Shown: piece after piece, positions 1-7,914 of the stretch
Layout: every line of letters starts with the position of its first letter
Numbering within the stretch: position 1 is the stretch's first letter
Origin: an uncultured Chloroflexia bacterium
Lineage (GTDB): Bacteria; Chloroflexota; Dehalococcoidia; GIF9; UBA5629
Length of the DNA stretch: 64,000 nt
Direction: 5' to 3'
NCBI GenBank assembly: GCA_963752975.1
Contig: CAVWAG010000004.1
Location: forward strand, 87,660-151,659
Made by a program: the position numbers and the translations under genes
Notes under the pieces: model-generated
What the model was told of the DNA's origin: nothing
Seen by the model: only the letters and a program-made list of their open reading frames with translations
The model's database searches: none

Positions 1-1
1 G

Positions 2-277
2 GGCAAAATGGACGCCATCCTCTACGGCCACACGCACTCGGCGCGTAACACTATCGAAGAAGGCGTGCTGTTCTTTAACCCCGGCAGCGTGTGCGGAAGG
101 TTCCCGGCCATGCACCGCAGCTACGGCGTCTTAACCGTCGGAGAAGAGCTCAGGGGCGAGATCATCACCATCGAGATCAAGCGCTATTTCTATCTCAACA
201 AATATATCAATCTGGCCAGCAAGGCCATTTCATATTGCTGCGGACTCAACAGCAACCCTCACAGCTTCTTACAATAA
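2..277 (+). CDS. metallophosphoesterase (YfcE/MJ0936-like), C-terminal part; the 5' end lies outside the window
   Basis: The ORF is open to the window edge. It has a GHTH motif followed by FFNPGS, typical of the last metal-binding motifs of small calcineurin-like phosphoesterases. Confidence 0.6.
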   Translation, partial: GKMDAILYGHTHSARNTIEEGVLFFNPGSVCGRFPAMHRSYGVLTVGEELRGEIITIEIKRYFYLNKYINLASKAISYCCGLNSNPHSFLQ

Positions 278-350
278 CAACCACCCTTCCGCAACCCCGA
301 CTGTAAACAGTTTGAATCGTTGACTGCTGCTTGTGTGAAAGGAGATAACA

Positions 351-854
351 GTGATAAAGAGCTTTAACGGCAAGACACCACAAATACACCCCACGGCGTT
401 TGTCAGCGAGACAGCCTATATCGTGGGAGAGGTAACCATCGGCGAGAATGCCAGCATCTGGCCGGGCGCTGTTATACGCGGCGACTTCGGCAGTATCAGC
501 ATCGGCAAGAATACCGCCATCGAGGATAACTGCATCGTGCATTCCTGGGACTGCATAATCGGGGACAATGTGCTGGTGGGGCACGGCGCGGTCATCCACT
601 GCAAATCTATCGGCAACGGCTCCATGGTGGGCATCAACGCCGTAGTGCTGCAGGGCGCCGAGATCGGCGAAAAATGCTTTATCGCAGCGGGCGCATTGAT
701 TACACCCAACACCAGGATACCACCTAATTCGCTGGTCATGGGCAGCCCGGCCAAAGTCAAAGAAAAGCTCAGCCAGGAGAAGCTGTCGATGATGCTGGCG
801 GGCAACGACGCCTACGTTCAACTCGGCCAGCAATACAAGCAGCAGGGGCTCTAA
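351..854 (+). CDS. gamma-class carbonic anhydrase-like / hexapeptide-repeat (LbH) family protein
   Basis: 167-aa ORF with a GTG start 6 nt after AAAGGAGA. Repeated [LIV]-G-x4 hexapeptide pattern (IGENASIWPGAVIRGD, IGKNTAIEDNCIVH, IGDNVLVGHGAVIH), as in YrdA/PaaY-type proteins. Confidence 0.85.
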   Translation: MIKSFNGKTPQIHPTAFVSETAYIVGEVTIGENASIWPGAVIRGDFGSISIGKNTAIEDNCIVHSWDCIIGDNVLVGHGAVIHCKSIGNGSMVGINAVVLQGAEIGEKCFIAAGALITPNTRIPPNSLVMGSPAKVKEKLSQEKLSMMLAGNDAYVQLGQQYKQQGL

Positions 855-873
855 ACCGGCACGATATCGACTA
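851..873. repeat. left copy of the 23-bp direct repeat (CTAAACCGGCACGATATCGACTA) bounding an AT-rich islet
   Basis: 22/23 identical to 2295-2317. It overlaps the TAA stop of the 351-854 gene. Confidence 0.8.
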
Positions 874-881
874 AAACATAG

Positions 882-910
882 TTGACATCGACCTCCGTTT
901 TCAATAAAAT
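882..910 (+). promoter_or_regulatory. near-consensus sigma70-type promoter, TTGACA-17 nt-TAAAAT
   Basis: TTGACA at 882-887, a 17-nt spacer, and TAAAAT at 905-910. It lies in an intergenic region with no downstream plus-strand CDS. Confidence 0.5.
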
Positions 911-916
911 GAATTT

Positions 917-990
917 AATCCGCTAAGCGGAGGTGGATCGCCCGTATGGGCGAGCGTAAGAAGGTCTCGCAAGAGGCCTTTTTATTTTTT
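917..990 (+). ncRNA. candidate small RNA (~70 nt) between the orphan promoter and the intrinsic terminator
   Basis: Three consecutive hairpins: CCGC-TAA-GCGG (920-930), TCGCCC-GTAT-GGGCGA (938-953), and a terminator hairpin (961-980) followed by a U-run. The 5' end is only inferred from the promoter position. Confidence 0.3.
961..990 (+). terminator. Rho-independent terminator
   Basis: 8-bp stem AAGGTCTC/GAGGCCTT (one G.U pair), a GCAA tetraloop, then TTTTTATTTTTT. Confidence 0.7.
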
Positions 991-1824
991 CGGGTAGAGA
1001 ACTATACCATAACCTTCCAACTTATCCGTATAAAGTTGCCTGTTGAATTTATGTTCAATGATTTTCATCAACATTGCCGGAAAAGCCGCCTGGCCATCAG
1101 TTATTAGGCCAAAATGTCTTAACGCCCACATTTTAGCCGGGTGACCAATTAAATCCGCAAGCTGCAATCCCGAAATATTCGCCTTTTTTCCACGCAGTTT
1201 TAGTTGATGGGAGGAAAGCGCAGTTTGAAAAGCTGATGCTGTGGTAACACTCCACGTTCCATATTGATAAACACGTGAGTATGACTCCTTTAGTAATAAA
1301 TCTTCCACACCGCCGCGAGCTTCAGCCATTACATCGCCTATGCGGTTAATGTGATTGAGATAACCAGCAAATCTCTGTAATAAAAATCCCAGACCAAGAT
1401 GATAGGGATGCGCAGCAGATTCACCATAGGACTCGCGTAAGGTTGCTTTGTCAATGACCACGGCGACCACTCTGAATTCAGCACACTGAATTATTTCCAA
1501 TAATTGCTCATCAAATTGGGCACGCTTATTGTCGTCCTGCAAGATTTTAAAAGCTTTACGAGCGTTAATTATATCTTCACGATGCAAGATGACAGGATTA
1601 TCCGGATGGTGATGCAGGTGGCGAACTTTGAAATTCTCCAACTCCTGATGAAATTTCACATAATCGGGATTCTTGAACCAGCAGCCCAGCAGGCACAGAA
1701 AACGATGCGGATCTTCAGTTGTTCGACGGTAAACATGATCGCCTGACTCATCCAGGTAGAGTCTGTAACGGTCTTCAAAGGCTGATGGGCGTGACGGATT
1801 GCCGTTAATAGGAGACTCAGCCAT
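982..1824 (-). CDS. DUF3800 domain-containing protein
   Basis: 280-aa ORF. N-terminal YLDESGD motif and overall pattern typical of DUF3800. Visibly AT-richer than its flanks. Confidence 0.75.
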   Translation of the reverse strand: MAESPINGNPSRPSAFEDRYRLYLDESGDHVYRRTTEDPHRFLCLLGCWFKNPDYVKFHQELENFKVRHLHHHPDNPVILHREDIINARKAFKILQDDNKRAQFDEQLLEIIQCAEFRVVAVVIDKATLRESYGESAAHPYHLGLGFLLQRFAGYLNHINRIGDVMAEARGGVEDLLLKESYSRVYQYGTWSVTTASAFQTALSSHQLKLRGKKANISGLQLADLIGHPAKMWALRHFGLITDGQAAFPAMLMKIIEHKFNRQLYTDKLEGYGIVLYPKK

Positions 1825-1874
1825 CGATTACCTTCCCAGAAAACAAGTATAAATACAATAGCACGCAACAATCT

Positions 1875-1913
1875 CCTTTAGAACATTTGTTTTTATTCTA
1901 AAGGTTTTATTTT
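1875..1913 (+). terminator. terminator-like hairpin (9-bp perfect stem CCTTTAGAA/TTCTAAAGG) followed by TTTTATTTT
   Basis: Perfect inverted repeat at 1875-1904 with a T-rich tail on the plus strand only. It lies just upstream of the DUF3800 start, so it could instead be an operator. Confidence 0.3.
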
Positions 1914-1948
1914 AACTGTCAAGGTCTGGCGTATTTATTGTTTTATTA

Positions 1949-2155
1949 TTACTCGATCTCAAATTCATAGTTTGTAAACTTTAACGTCCGGTAGTTTTCG
2001 GTAACTGTCCGCACTATGTTATCGAGGGTGCCGCTGGGTATCTTTACCTACACATTGAAGCCATGCCAACTTACATCAACCACAGTGACTAAGCCAGATG
2101 GGATCACACCTTTAACAACAGCACCACGTCTCGGATCTTCAAATCTTGCCACCAA
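1949..2155 (-). pseudogene. decayed small ORF with an in-frame TAG (LVARFEDPRRGAVVKGVIPSGLVTVVDVSWHGFNV*VKIPSGTLDNIVRTV...)
   Basis: Reading frame of ~68 codons preceded by AAGGGG and interrupted by TAG at 2048-2050. It weakly resembles Tudor/SH3-like N-termini of helicase-associated proteins; that comparison is from memory only. Confidence 0.25.
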
Positions 2156-2244
2156 TTCCCCTTAACATATGCTTATATGATGTTGGAATTATATAATCAA
2201 AACATGTCGATTACAAATGTGCCTATATTTAGCAGATTGATTAT

Positions 2245-2274
2245 AAAAAAAGGGGCGGGTTTGTTAACCCGCCC
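2245..2274 (-). terminator. Rho-independent terminator downstream of the saccharopine-DH-like gene
   Basis: Stem GGGCGGGTT/AACCCGCCC (2253-2274) with a 4-nt loop. The A-run at 2245-2251 gives a U-run on the minus strand. Confidence 0.65.
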
Positions 2275-2294
2275 TTACTTTACTCTGATATGGA

Positions 2295-2317
2295 CTAAAC
2301 CGGCACGATATCCACTA
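2295..2317. repeat. right copy of the 23-bp direct repeat (CTAAACCGGCACGATATCCACTA)
   Basis: 22/23 identical to 851-873. It encodes the C-terminal VDIVPV* of the minus-strand gene. Confidence 0.8.
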
Positions 2318-3459
2318 TGAATTCGTTCGCTCTATCCGACGGCATGGTCTTGATTGTGGCGAAGCCCTCGCTGAAGGCCTTCATGAAATCCAGCGGGTCG
2401 ATGCAGCCCTCGGGCGCATAAGCGCCCTTAACTTTGACCTGCCCGCCGGCCACCATCTTGGCCACCGTGATCAGCGTGCGCGGCGTCGTTGTCATGCCCT
2501 TGCCCACACCCGAGAAAGTCAGCTTTGTTTTAACACCGCTTCTTCAGGCCGGTAACCTCGATAATCGTGCCGCCGTAGCGGTATTCCCTGCCCTCAACTT
2601 TCCACCTGGCTATCTGCTCCTGCACAAGGTTGAAGGCCATGTGCGACAGGACCTCGATAGGCGCAACCTCGGCGCCGCGGATATTTACCGGCTGCATGAG
2701 GTAGTCCTTAAAGCCCGCTAACGTCCCCATGGATAGCCCCGGGACCTCCGGCCAGGTAGACCCGGCGCAGATCACGTTCTTTACGCCCTTGATATAACGC
2801 GGCAGCGTGAAAGGTTCGGGATGGTCGCAGTACAATAGTTCTACCTTGCCTATCGGCTCACCGAACTCCACCGTAACCTTGCCGTCCAGGTCAAGCAGCT
2901 TGCCGTCAACATACTGGTGCGGGAAAGCAAAACAGTGTATACCGTGGAAATACTGCGCCAGCCCGACCTCACTCAGCGGCGCCACCCAGAGAATATTGAT
3001 ATCCTCAACACTGTCCAACTGGTCGCAGCAGTACTTGGCGAGTATATTGGTCAGGCCGGGGCTGTCTCCCAGTCCGCTAACAATGGTGATCCCCGCTTTC
3101 TTCGCCTCATCGTCGAGAGCCATGGCCTGGCTTACACCGTCGATATCATCGCACACGTCCACGCAGTTTTTACCGGCCGCTATACAGGCTTTATAGACTT
3201 TGCCGGCGTTCCTGTAAAACGGCCCGATAGTGCTGGCCACGACATCGGGGTTTTCCTGTTTGATAAACTTAACAAAGCCGGCGTGGTCGTCGATATCCAG
3301 CTTACACGCCTTGACACGGTCCTTGCCATATTTTTCCGCGACGGCTTCAGCCTTGGCCAGGTCGATGTCCGCATTAATAACTGCTGCATCGCTGTATTTA
3401 ACCAGCTGCCTGACAGCGCCTGCGCCGATAATCCCGCTGCCCAGAACAAGTATTTTCAT
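2295..3459 (-). pseudogene. saccharopine dehydrogenase family protein, interrupted by one frameshift (or a sequencing indel) near 2535-2548
   Basis: The 309-aa ORF (2530-3459, MKILVLGSGIIGAG Rossmann N-terminus) and the 70-aa ORF (2295-2507) together align collinearly with the intact 394-aa paralogue at 6709-7893. The frames differ by 1 nt. Confidence 0.8.
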
Positions 3460-3490
3460 AATTGGCCTCCTGGATTTATTTTCGTGACAT

Positions 3491-3550
3491 GTAGGGGCGT
3501 TGCTTCAGCTGCGCCCGCATTTTCGGGCGGGTTTAAAAACCCGCCCCTAC
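3491..3550. repeat. REP-like nested palindrome (GTAGGGGCG...GGGCGGGTTTAAAAACCCGCCCCTAC)
   Basis: Inner perfect 10-bp stem at 3525-3546, with outer arms GTAGGGGCG/CGCCCCTAC. Related GGGCGG hairpins occur at 2253-2274 and 18803-18861. Confidence 0.6.
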
Positions 3551-3555
3551 AGGTC

Positions 3556-3714
3556 TCATTTTATTTCTATCAGGTAATTGCCGTACCTGGTGATCGATGC
3601 TTTAGAGCCGGGCATGACCAGTATGGTAGTGGTCGGCTCTTCGATAATGGCCGGCGCCACTATACGGTTGCCGGGCTTCAGGTCCGCACCTTTATAAATG
3701 GGCGTATCGACCAT
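3556..3714 (-). CDS. 52-aa ORF matching only the extreme C-terminus of hydantoinase/oxoprolinase A (HyuA-type) proteins; a remnant or a mini-ORF
   Basis: Not in the supplied track (<60 aa). AGGAGG 6 nt upstream of the ATG. The sequence MVDTPIYKGADLKPGNRIVAPAIIEEPTTTILVMPGSKASITRYGNYLIEIK fits the family's C-terminal pattern GPAIIEE..TT.vv.PG....d.yGN. Confidence 0.45.
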   Translation of the reverse strand: MVDTPIYKGADLKPGNRIVAPAIIEEPTTTILVMPGSKASITRYGNYLIEIK

Positions 3715-3813
3715 GCCTCTGCCTCCTATTTTTAATTTTTTATGTGTAAATAAAACTCAACTATCTATCGTAATAAAGTCTGACATTGCAAAAATCAATT
3801 AGCGGTCACTAAT

Positions 3814-5084
3814 TTATCGTGGCTGGCCCGTATCGGCATCTGCAACATAGTATCTGGAGGCTATTAAGTAGCACCCCCCACCGATTACGCCGAAAGCAGA
3901 GGCGATTATCATTGCCGTGCTCAGCCCAGGAGCGCCGCCACCCATGGCATCGGACATGATACCGACTAAATAAGGCCCCCATGCGCCACCCAGCAGGTAC
4001 TCGAAAAACACGGAAAGCCCGAAAGAGAATCCCTTATGCGCTGCCGGGGCACAGTCCTGCGAGATTGCTCCGAAGGCCGGGACCGCCATTACATTGAGGA
4101 TGCCGTACAGCATGCCCAGGACGATGCCCAGCGGGCTGAAACCGGTCAGGATGGCAGCTATAAGCACGACGGCTGCCGCTGCAAGCGTGATGCCCGGCAG
4201 ATAGACCCTGCCCCGCGGATCATGTTTATGCCACACGTCAGCCAGCCAGCCGCCAAGGGGAGCGCCGATAAGCGCCATCAGACCCATGCCACCGACGATC
4301 AGGCCTGCTGTTGACTCGTTAACTTTTAACACACGCATGATCAAGGCGGGTGCCCAGGACATAAATGTCATGAGCATTATTCCTGCCATACCAAGGGCCA
4401 AAAATGCCAGCGTAGCGTGGGGATTTTAATCAGAGTGGTCAATGAAGTCACAATATCCTTGCTCGTATTTTGAGAAGCGTTGGATTCCTCGACTTTATAG
4501 TCCTTCATGAACAGGGCCAGGATGCCCAGGATTATGCCGGGTATGGCAAAGAAAAAGAAGGGCGAACGCCAGCCCATCTTGACCGAAAGCATCCCGCCGA
4601 ATATGCTGCCAATTGCTGCGCCAAGCGGAACACCCAGGGTGAACAGGCCAAGGACAATCCCCCGCTTTTCCTTAGGATAAGCGCCGGAAACCATGGCCGT
4701 CCCACCGGACGAGAACCCCGCTTCACCCACGCCGACCAGCGCACGGGGGATGATGAGGCTGATAAAGCTCGTAGCAAGGCCCGTGCAATAGGTGAATATG
4801 CTCCATAGTATTGCCATGATCGCTATCGGTTTTTTCCTGCTCCAGCGGTCCATCAGGTAAGAAAAAGGGAATGTGAAGAAGGCTACGCCCAGGATAAAAA
4901 TGGTCTGCAACAGGCCGCAATCCGCATCGGTAAGCCCGAGCTCAATCTTCATCGGCTGCAATACTGCGGAAAACACCTGCCTGTCCATGAAATTAACCAT
5001 ATAAAGCAGTGTGCAGATTACTAATATAAAAGCAGCGCTCCTGCCTCCAGTACTATATGCTTGCTTATCATCGTGTAGGGACAT
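3814..5084 (-). pseudogene. MFS transporter, frameshifted (probably at the A5/T5 run 4400-4404)
   Basis: The 237-aa and 195-aa ORFs overlap at 4377-4401 and together align with the intact paralogues at 20734-22017 and 33549-34847. Adding one T to the T5 run restores a collinear protein of the same length. The ATG at 5084 follows AAGGAGG. Confidence 0.8.
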
Positions 5085-5115
5085 GTGCAATAACCTCCTT
5101 TTATTTACGGCATAT

Positions 5116-6678
5116 TTACTTTGTGGATGTGGATTGCAGAGCGCTCACGTTTGTCTCCGGCGCATGGGCGAGATCAGGCAGATCACCTGTTACCTTCCAG
5201 TCCCGCCTGATCACCCTGCCCGATTTTGAACCAGTTAGCTTGCCCTGTTCTACGGCCACGACCCCGCTCACGATAACGTAGGGGATGCCTCGTGAAGGTA
5301 TGCCTGGCTCGAGGTAGCTAGAACCGTTCATGATCGTCTTCGGGTCTAATATGGTTAGATCTGCATCACAGCCTTCCTGTACACGCCCTTTCTTTTTAAG
5401 GCCGAGCCACACTGCAGCCAGGGTTGAGCACTTGGCCACGCCTGTTATCAGGTCGCATACTCCCATCTCGCGGACCCAGTGACCGAGGAAATGCGAAAAG
5501 GTGCCTGCGCCGCGCGGGTGGCCGCCGTATTTGCCGGTGTTAATATCCCAGTATATAGCATCATCGTTTTCGACCATGGTGAAGGGCGCGGAATAGTAAA
5601 GCCAGATAAATTCCGGTTTATGCAGGTGGAATAGTAGCGTCGGTTCAGCTATCGTACCATCACGTACCCGGTCCCGGACAGCGTAAAACTGTTCAAAGCT
5701 GGAGAACCTTTCATTAGCCTTGATGACGGTTTTTCCGTCGATTACCACCGTAGTGGGGCATTCCAGCTCCGACACGTCCACACCCATCATTTTAGCCAGC
5801 GGTTCCATCGGCTGGTTGAAGAACTCACCGCCGATAATGGCTGTGCCGGCGGTAAATGGCGTCTGGTCGGTTACCACTTTCACGCCGTTATAGCGTGCAG
5901 TGGCGATTAACTCCAGCGCGATGCCTGTGTTCCTGCGTGTAACGATGCTGCCTCCCCTGTGAGAGATGGTTAGCGGTATAGAGGATTCACTGGATATACG
6001 TATGGCTTCCTCCACCGCCTCGATATCCTTGGGTGATGGGCCGGCATCCCTGACGTGTATCGAGGCGCCGCCGCCCAGTTTTTCGGCCTGGGCGGCCACA
6101 GCAGTCATTTCTTCGAACGTTGCTCCCGGTGCATAAAACGGGCCGAAGGACATGCCGACGCCACCTGATTCCAACTCCTGTTTAACAAGGCCCAGCATAT
6201 CCTTCAACTGGGAAGGAGTTGCCGGCTTGTTGGCTTCCTTGGCCCCGGCTGCTTCCCGTATCGTGTTATGCCCGATGAATGAACCGGCGTTGATGATCAG
6301 GCCTTCCTCTTCAATGGTCGTGAAGAAATCCTTGATCGGATAATGCGGCCTGTCTTTGACGCCGGCTATCTCGAAAAAAGTGCCTGATTTGCCGCAGTTG
6401 CCGGTGATTTCTGTAGTGATCCCGTCGCGGACGTGGAACTCTGCGCCTACACCTGTTCCACTGTCATGGCCATGGATATTGATAAACCCGGGCGCTACTA
6501 CCAGCCCCGACGCATCTATTTCCTTTTGACCATGTAGTACCTCGTCTTCAGGTGTAATCTGCTCTATCCTGCCGTTGCGAATGCCGACATTCGCCCTCCC
6601 GTAAAACCTGGTGAGCGGATCTATTACTGTACCCCCGTTAATCGCAATATCGTAAGTATCAGTATTACGTTTTATCAT
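5116..6678 (-). CDS. amidohydrolase, N-acyl-D-amino-acid deacylase (D-aminoacylase) family
   Basis: 520 aa. N-terminal DIAINGGTVIDP...GFINIHGHD (HxH metal motif) and overall D-aminoacylase-like architecture. GGAGGT RBS. Confidence 0.75.
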   Translation of the reverse strand: MIKRNTDTYDIAINGGTVIDPLTRFYGRANVGIRNGRIEQITPEDEVLHGQKEIDASGLVVAPGFINIHGHDSGTGVGAEFHVRDGITTEITGNCGKSGTFFEIAGVKDRPHYPIKDFFTTIEEEGLIINAGSFIGHNTIREAAGAKEANKPATPSQLKDMLGLVKQELESGGVGMSFGPFYAPGATFEEMTAVAAQAEKLGGGASIHVRDAGPSPKDIEAVEEAIRISSESSIPLTISHRGGSIVTRRNTGIALELIATARYNGVKVVTDQTPFTAGTAIIGGEFFNQPMEPLAKMMGVDVSELECPTTVVIDGKTVIKANERFSSFEQFYAVRDRVRDGTIAEPTLLFHLHKPEFIWLYYSAPFTMVENDDAIYWDINTGKYGGHPRGAGTFSHFLGHWVREMGVCDLITGVAKCSTLAAVWLGLKKKGRVQEGCDADLTILDPKTIMNGSSYLEPGIPSRGIPYVIVSGVVAVEQGKLTGSKSGRVIRRDWKVTGDLPDLAHAPETNVSALQSTSTK

Positions 6679-6708
6679 GTTCTATACCTCCGGCTATCGG
6701 ATACGTAC

Positions 6709-7893
6709 TTATTTCACCGTGATGCTGTCAGCCGACTCCGTAACCGTTTCGCGCACCCTGGCGTCCTTGCTCAGTACCTCGAAGAACATGGCGGCGTCCA
6801 GAGCTCCCTCAGGGGCCATAACTCCGGCCGCTTTCACTTTCCCGTCCAGTAAGGCCAGCGCAGCCATTACGGCGGGCAAAGCGGTGCTGTGCGCCACATT
6901 ATTTGCCATCAGATCGTAGGTACGGGTCACCTGCTTATTACCCTTCTGCCCGTTGACAACGATTTTGAATGTCCCGGCACAGGCCTCATATTTGCCCAGC
7001 GCATCCTCGAGTATGTCTTTAAAGTACTCCGGCGCGAAGCGCGGCATCGAACGTATTATCCTTACGGCCAACTGTCTGAAGGGCATCGAGACGCTATCAT
7101 TAACCATGAATTCGTCCATGCTGCCGAAACCCGTATCTATCAGCCAGCGGTAAAGCTCCATCATCTTGGGAGGATAAAGAGCACCCTTGATGCTTACGTT
7201 TTTTACGCCTTTGATATACCTGGGCAGCGAGACCGGCTCAGGGTGACCGGTCAGGACCACTTCCAGCTTCCCAATAGGTGGCAGGAATTCGATAACCTCG
7301 GGCTCGGTGAAGCCCTGCTTCTCAACCCATTTTCCATCGACAAATACAGGTACCTTTTCTGCGGTTATATGGAACCAGTGCATCATAGCCGCCGACCCGG
7401 TCGGGTCGATGGCACTCTCCCCCCAGTACAACCGTATCTCATCCGTCCTGTCCATACGGCTGGCGCCCAGCTTGGCAATCAGGTTGGTAACACCAGGGCT
7501 GGCGCCCATACCGATGATGGCAGCTATACCGGCCTTCCTGGCATCCTCATCCAGTGCCAGGCAATCCTTGGTGGCGTCGAAATCGTCATCTATATCGACA
7601 AGGTTTACCCGTGCATCAATTGCAGCTTTAATCACTCCGGCTGCATATTTGTAGAATGGGCCGACCGTGCTGATAACCACGTCAGCGCCTTTGAGCAGCT
7701 TGACCAGCGACTCCCTGTCGTTCACATCAGCGCTTGCGACTTTGACTTTGTTCCCCATCTCAGCTTCAACGCGTTTCAGGCCCTTGACGCTGGCGTCGGC
7801 TACGGTGATCTCCGCGCTCGTCCTCTCCAGTAGCAGTTTCACCACCTCATGACCCATGGTGCCAGCTCCACCCAATACGATGATTTTTTTCAT
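6709..7893 (-). CDS. saccharopine dehydrogenase family protein (NAD(P)-binding)
   Basis: 394 aa with a MKKIIVLGGAGTMG Rossmann motif. Intact paralogue of 2295-3459. Confidence 0.8.
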   Translation of the reverse strand: MKKIIVLGGAGTMGHEVVKLLLERTSAEITVADASVKGLKRVEAEMGNKVKVASADVNDRESLVKLLKGADVVISTVGPFYKYAAGVIKAAIDARVNLVDIDDDFDATKDCLALDEDARKAGIAAIIGMGASPGVTNLIAKLGASRMDRTDEIRLYWGESAIDPTGSAAMMHWFHITAEKVPVFVDGKWVEKQGFTEPEVIEFLPPIGKLEVVLTGHPEPVSLPRYIKGVKNVSIKGALYPPKMMELYRWLIDTGFGSMDEFMVNDSVSMPFRQLAVRIIRSMPRFAPEYFKDILEDALGKYEACAGTFKIVVNGQKGNKQVTRTYDLMANNVAHSTALPAVMAALALLDGKVKAAGVMAPEGALDAAMFFEVLSKDARVRETVTESADSITVK

Positions 7894-7914
7894 AGTGAAC
7901 TTACCCCCTCTTTC

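Noticed and set aside
2048-2050. In-frame TAG in the small islet ORF as a possible pyrrolysine or recoding site
   Set aside because: There are no pyl genes and no supporting context. The ORF is short, AT-rich and unrecognised, so decay is the simpler explanation.
2917-3735. Long ORFs antisense to well-supported genes (e.g. 2917-3735, 6889-7833, 8656-9651, 9393-10226, 11059-11931, 39334-40047, 49480-50049, 51458-51991)
   Set aside because: They lie opposite genes with clear family motifs and RBSs. They have no recognisable domains and have Arg/Pro/Gly/His-rich composition, typical of shadow ORFs in GC-rich DNA.
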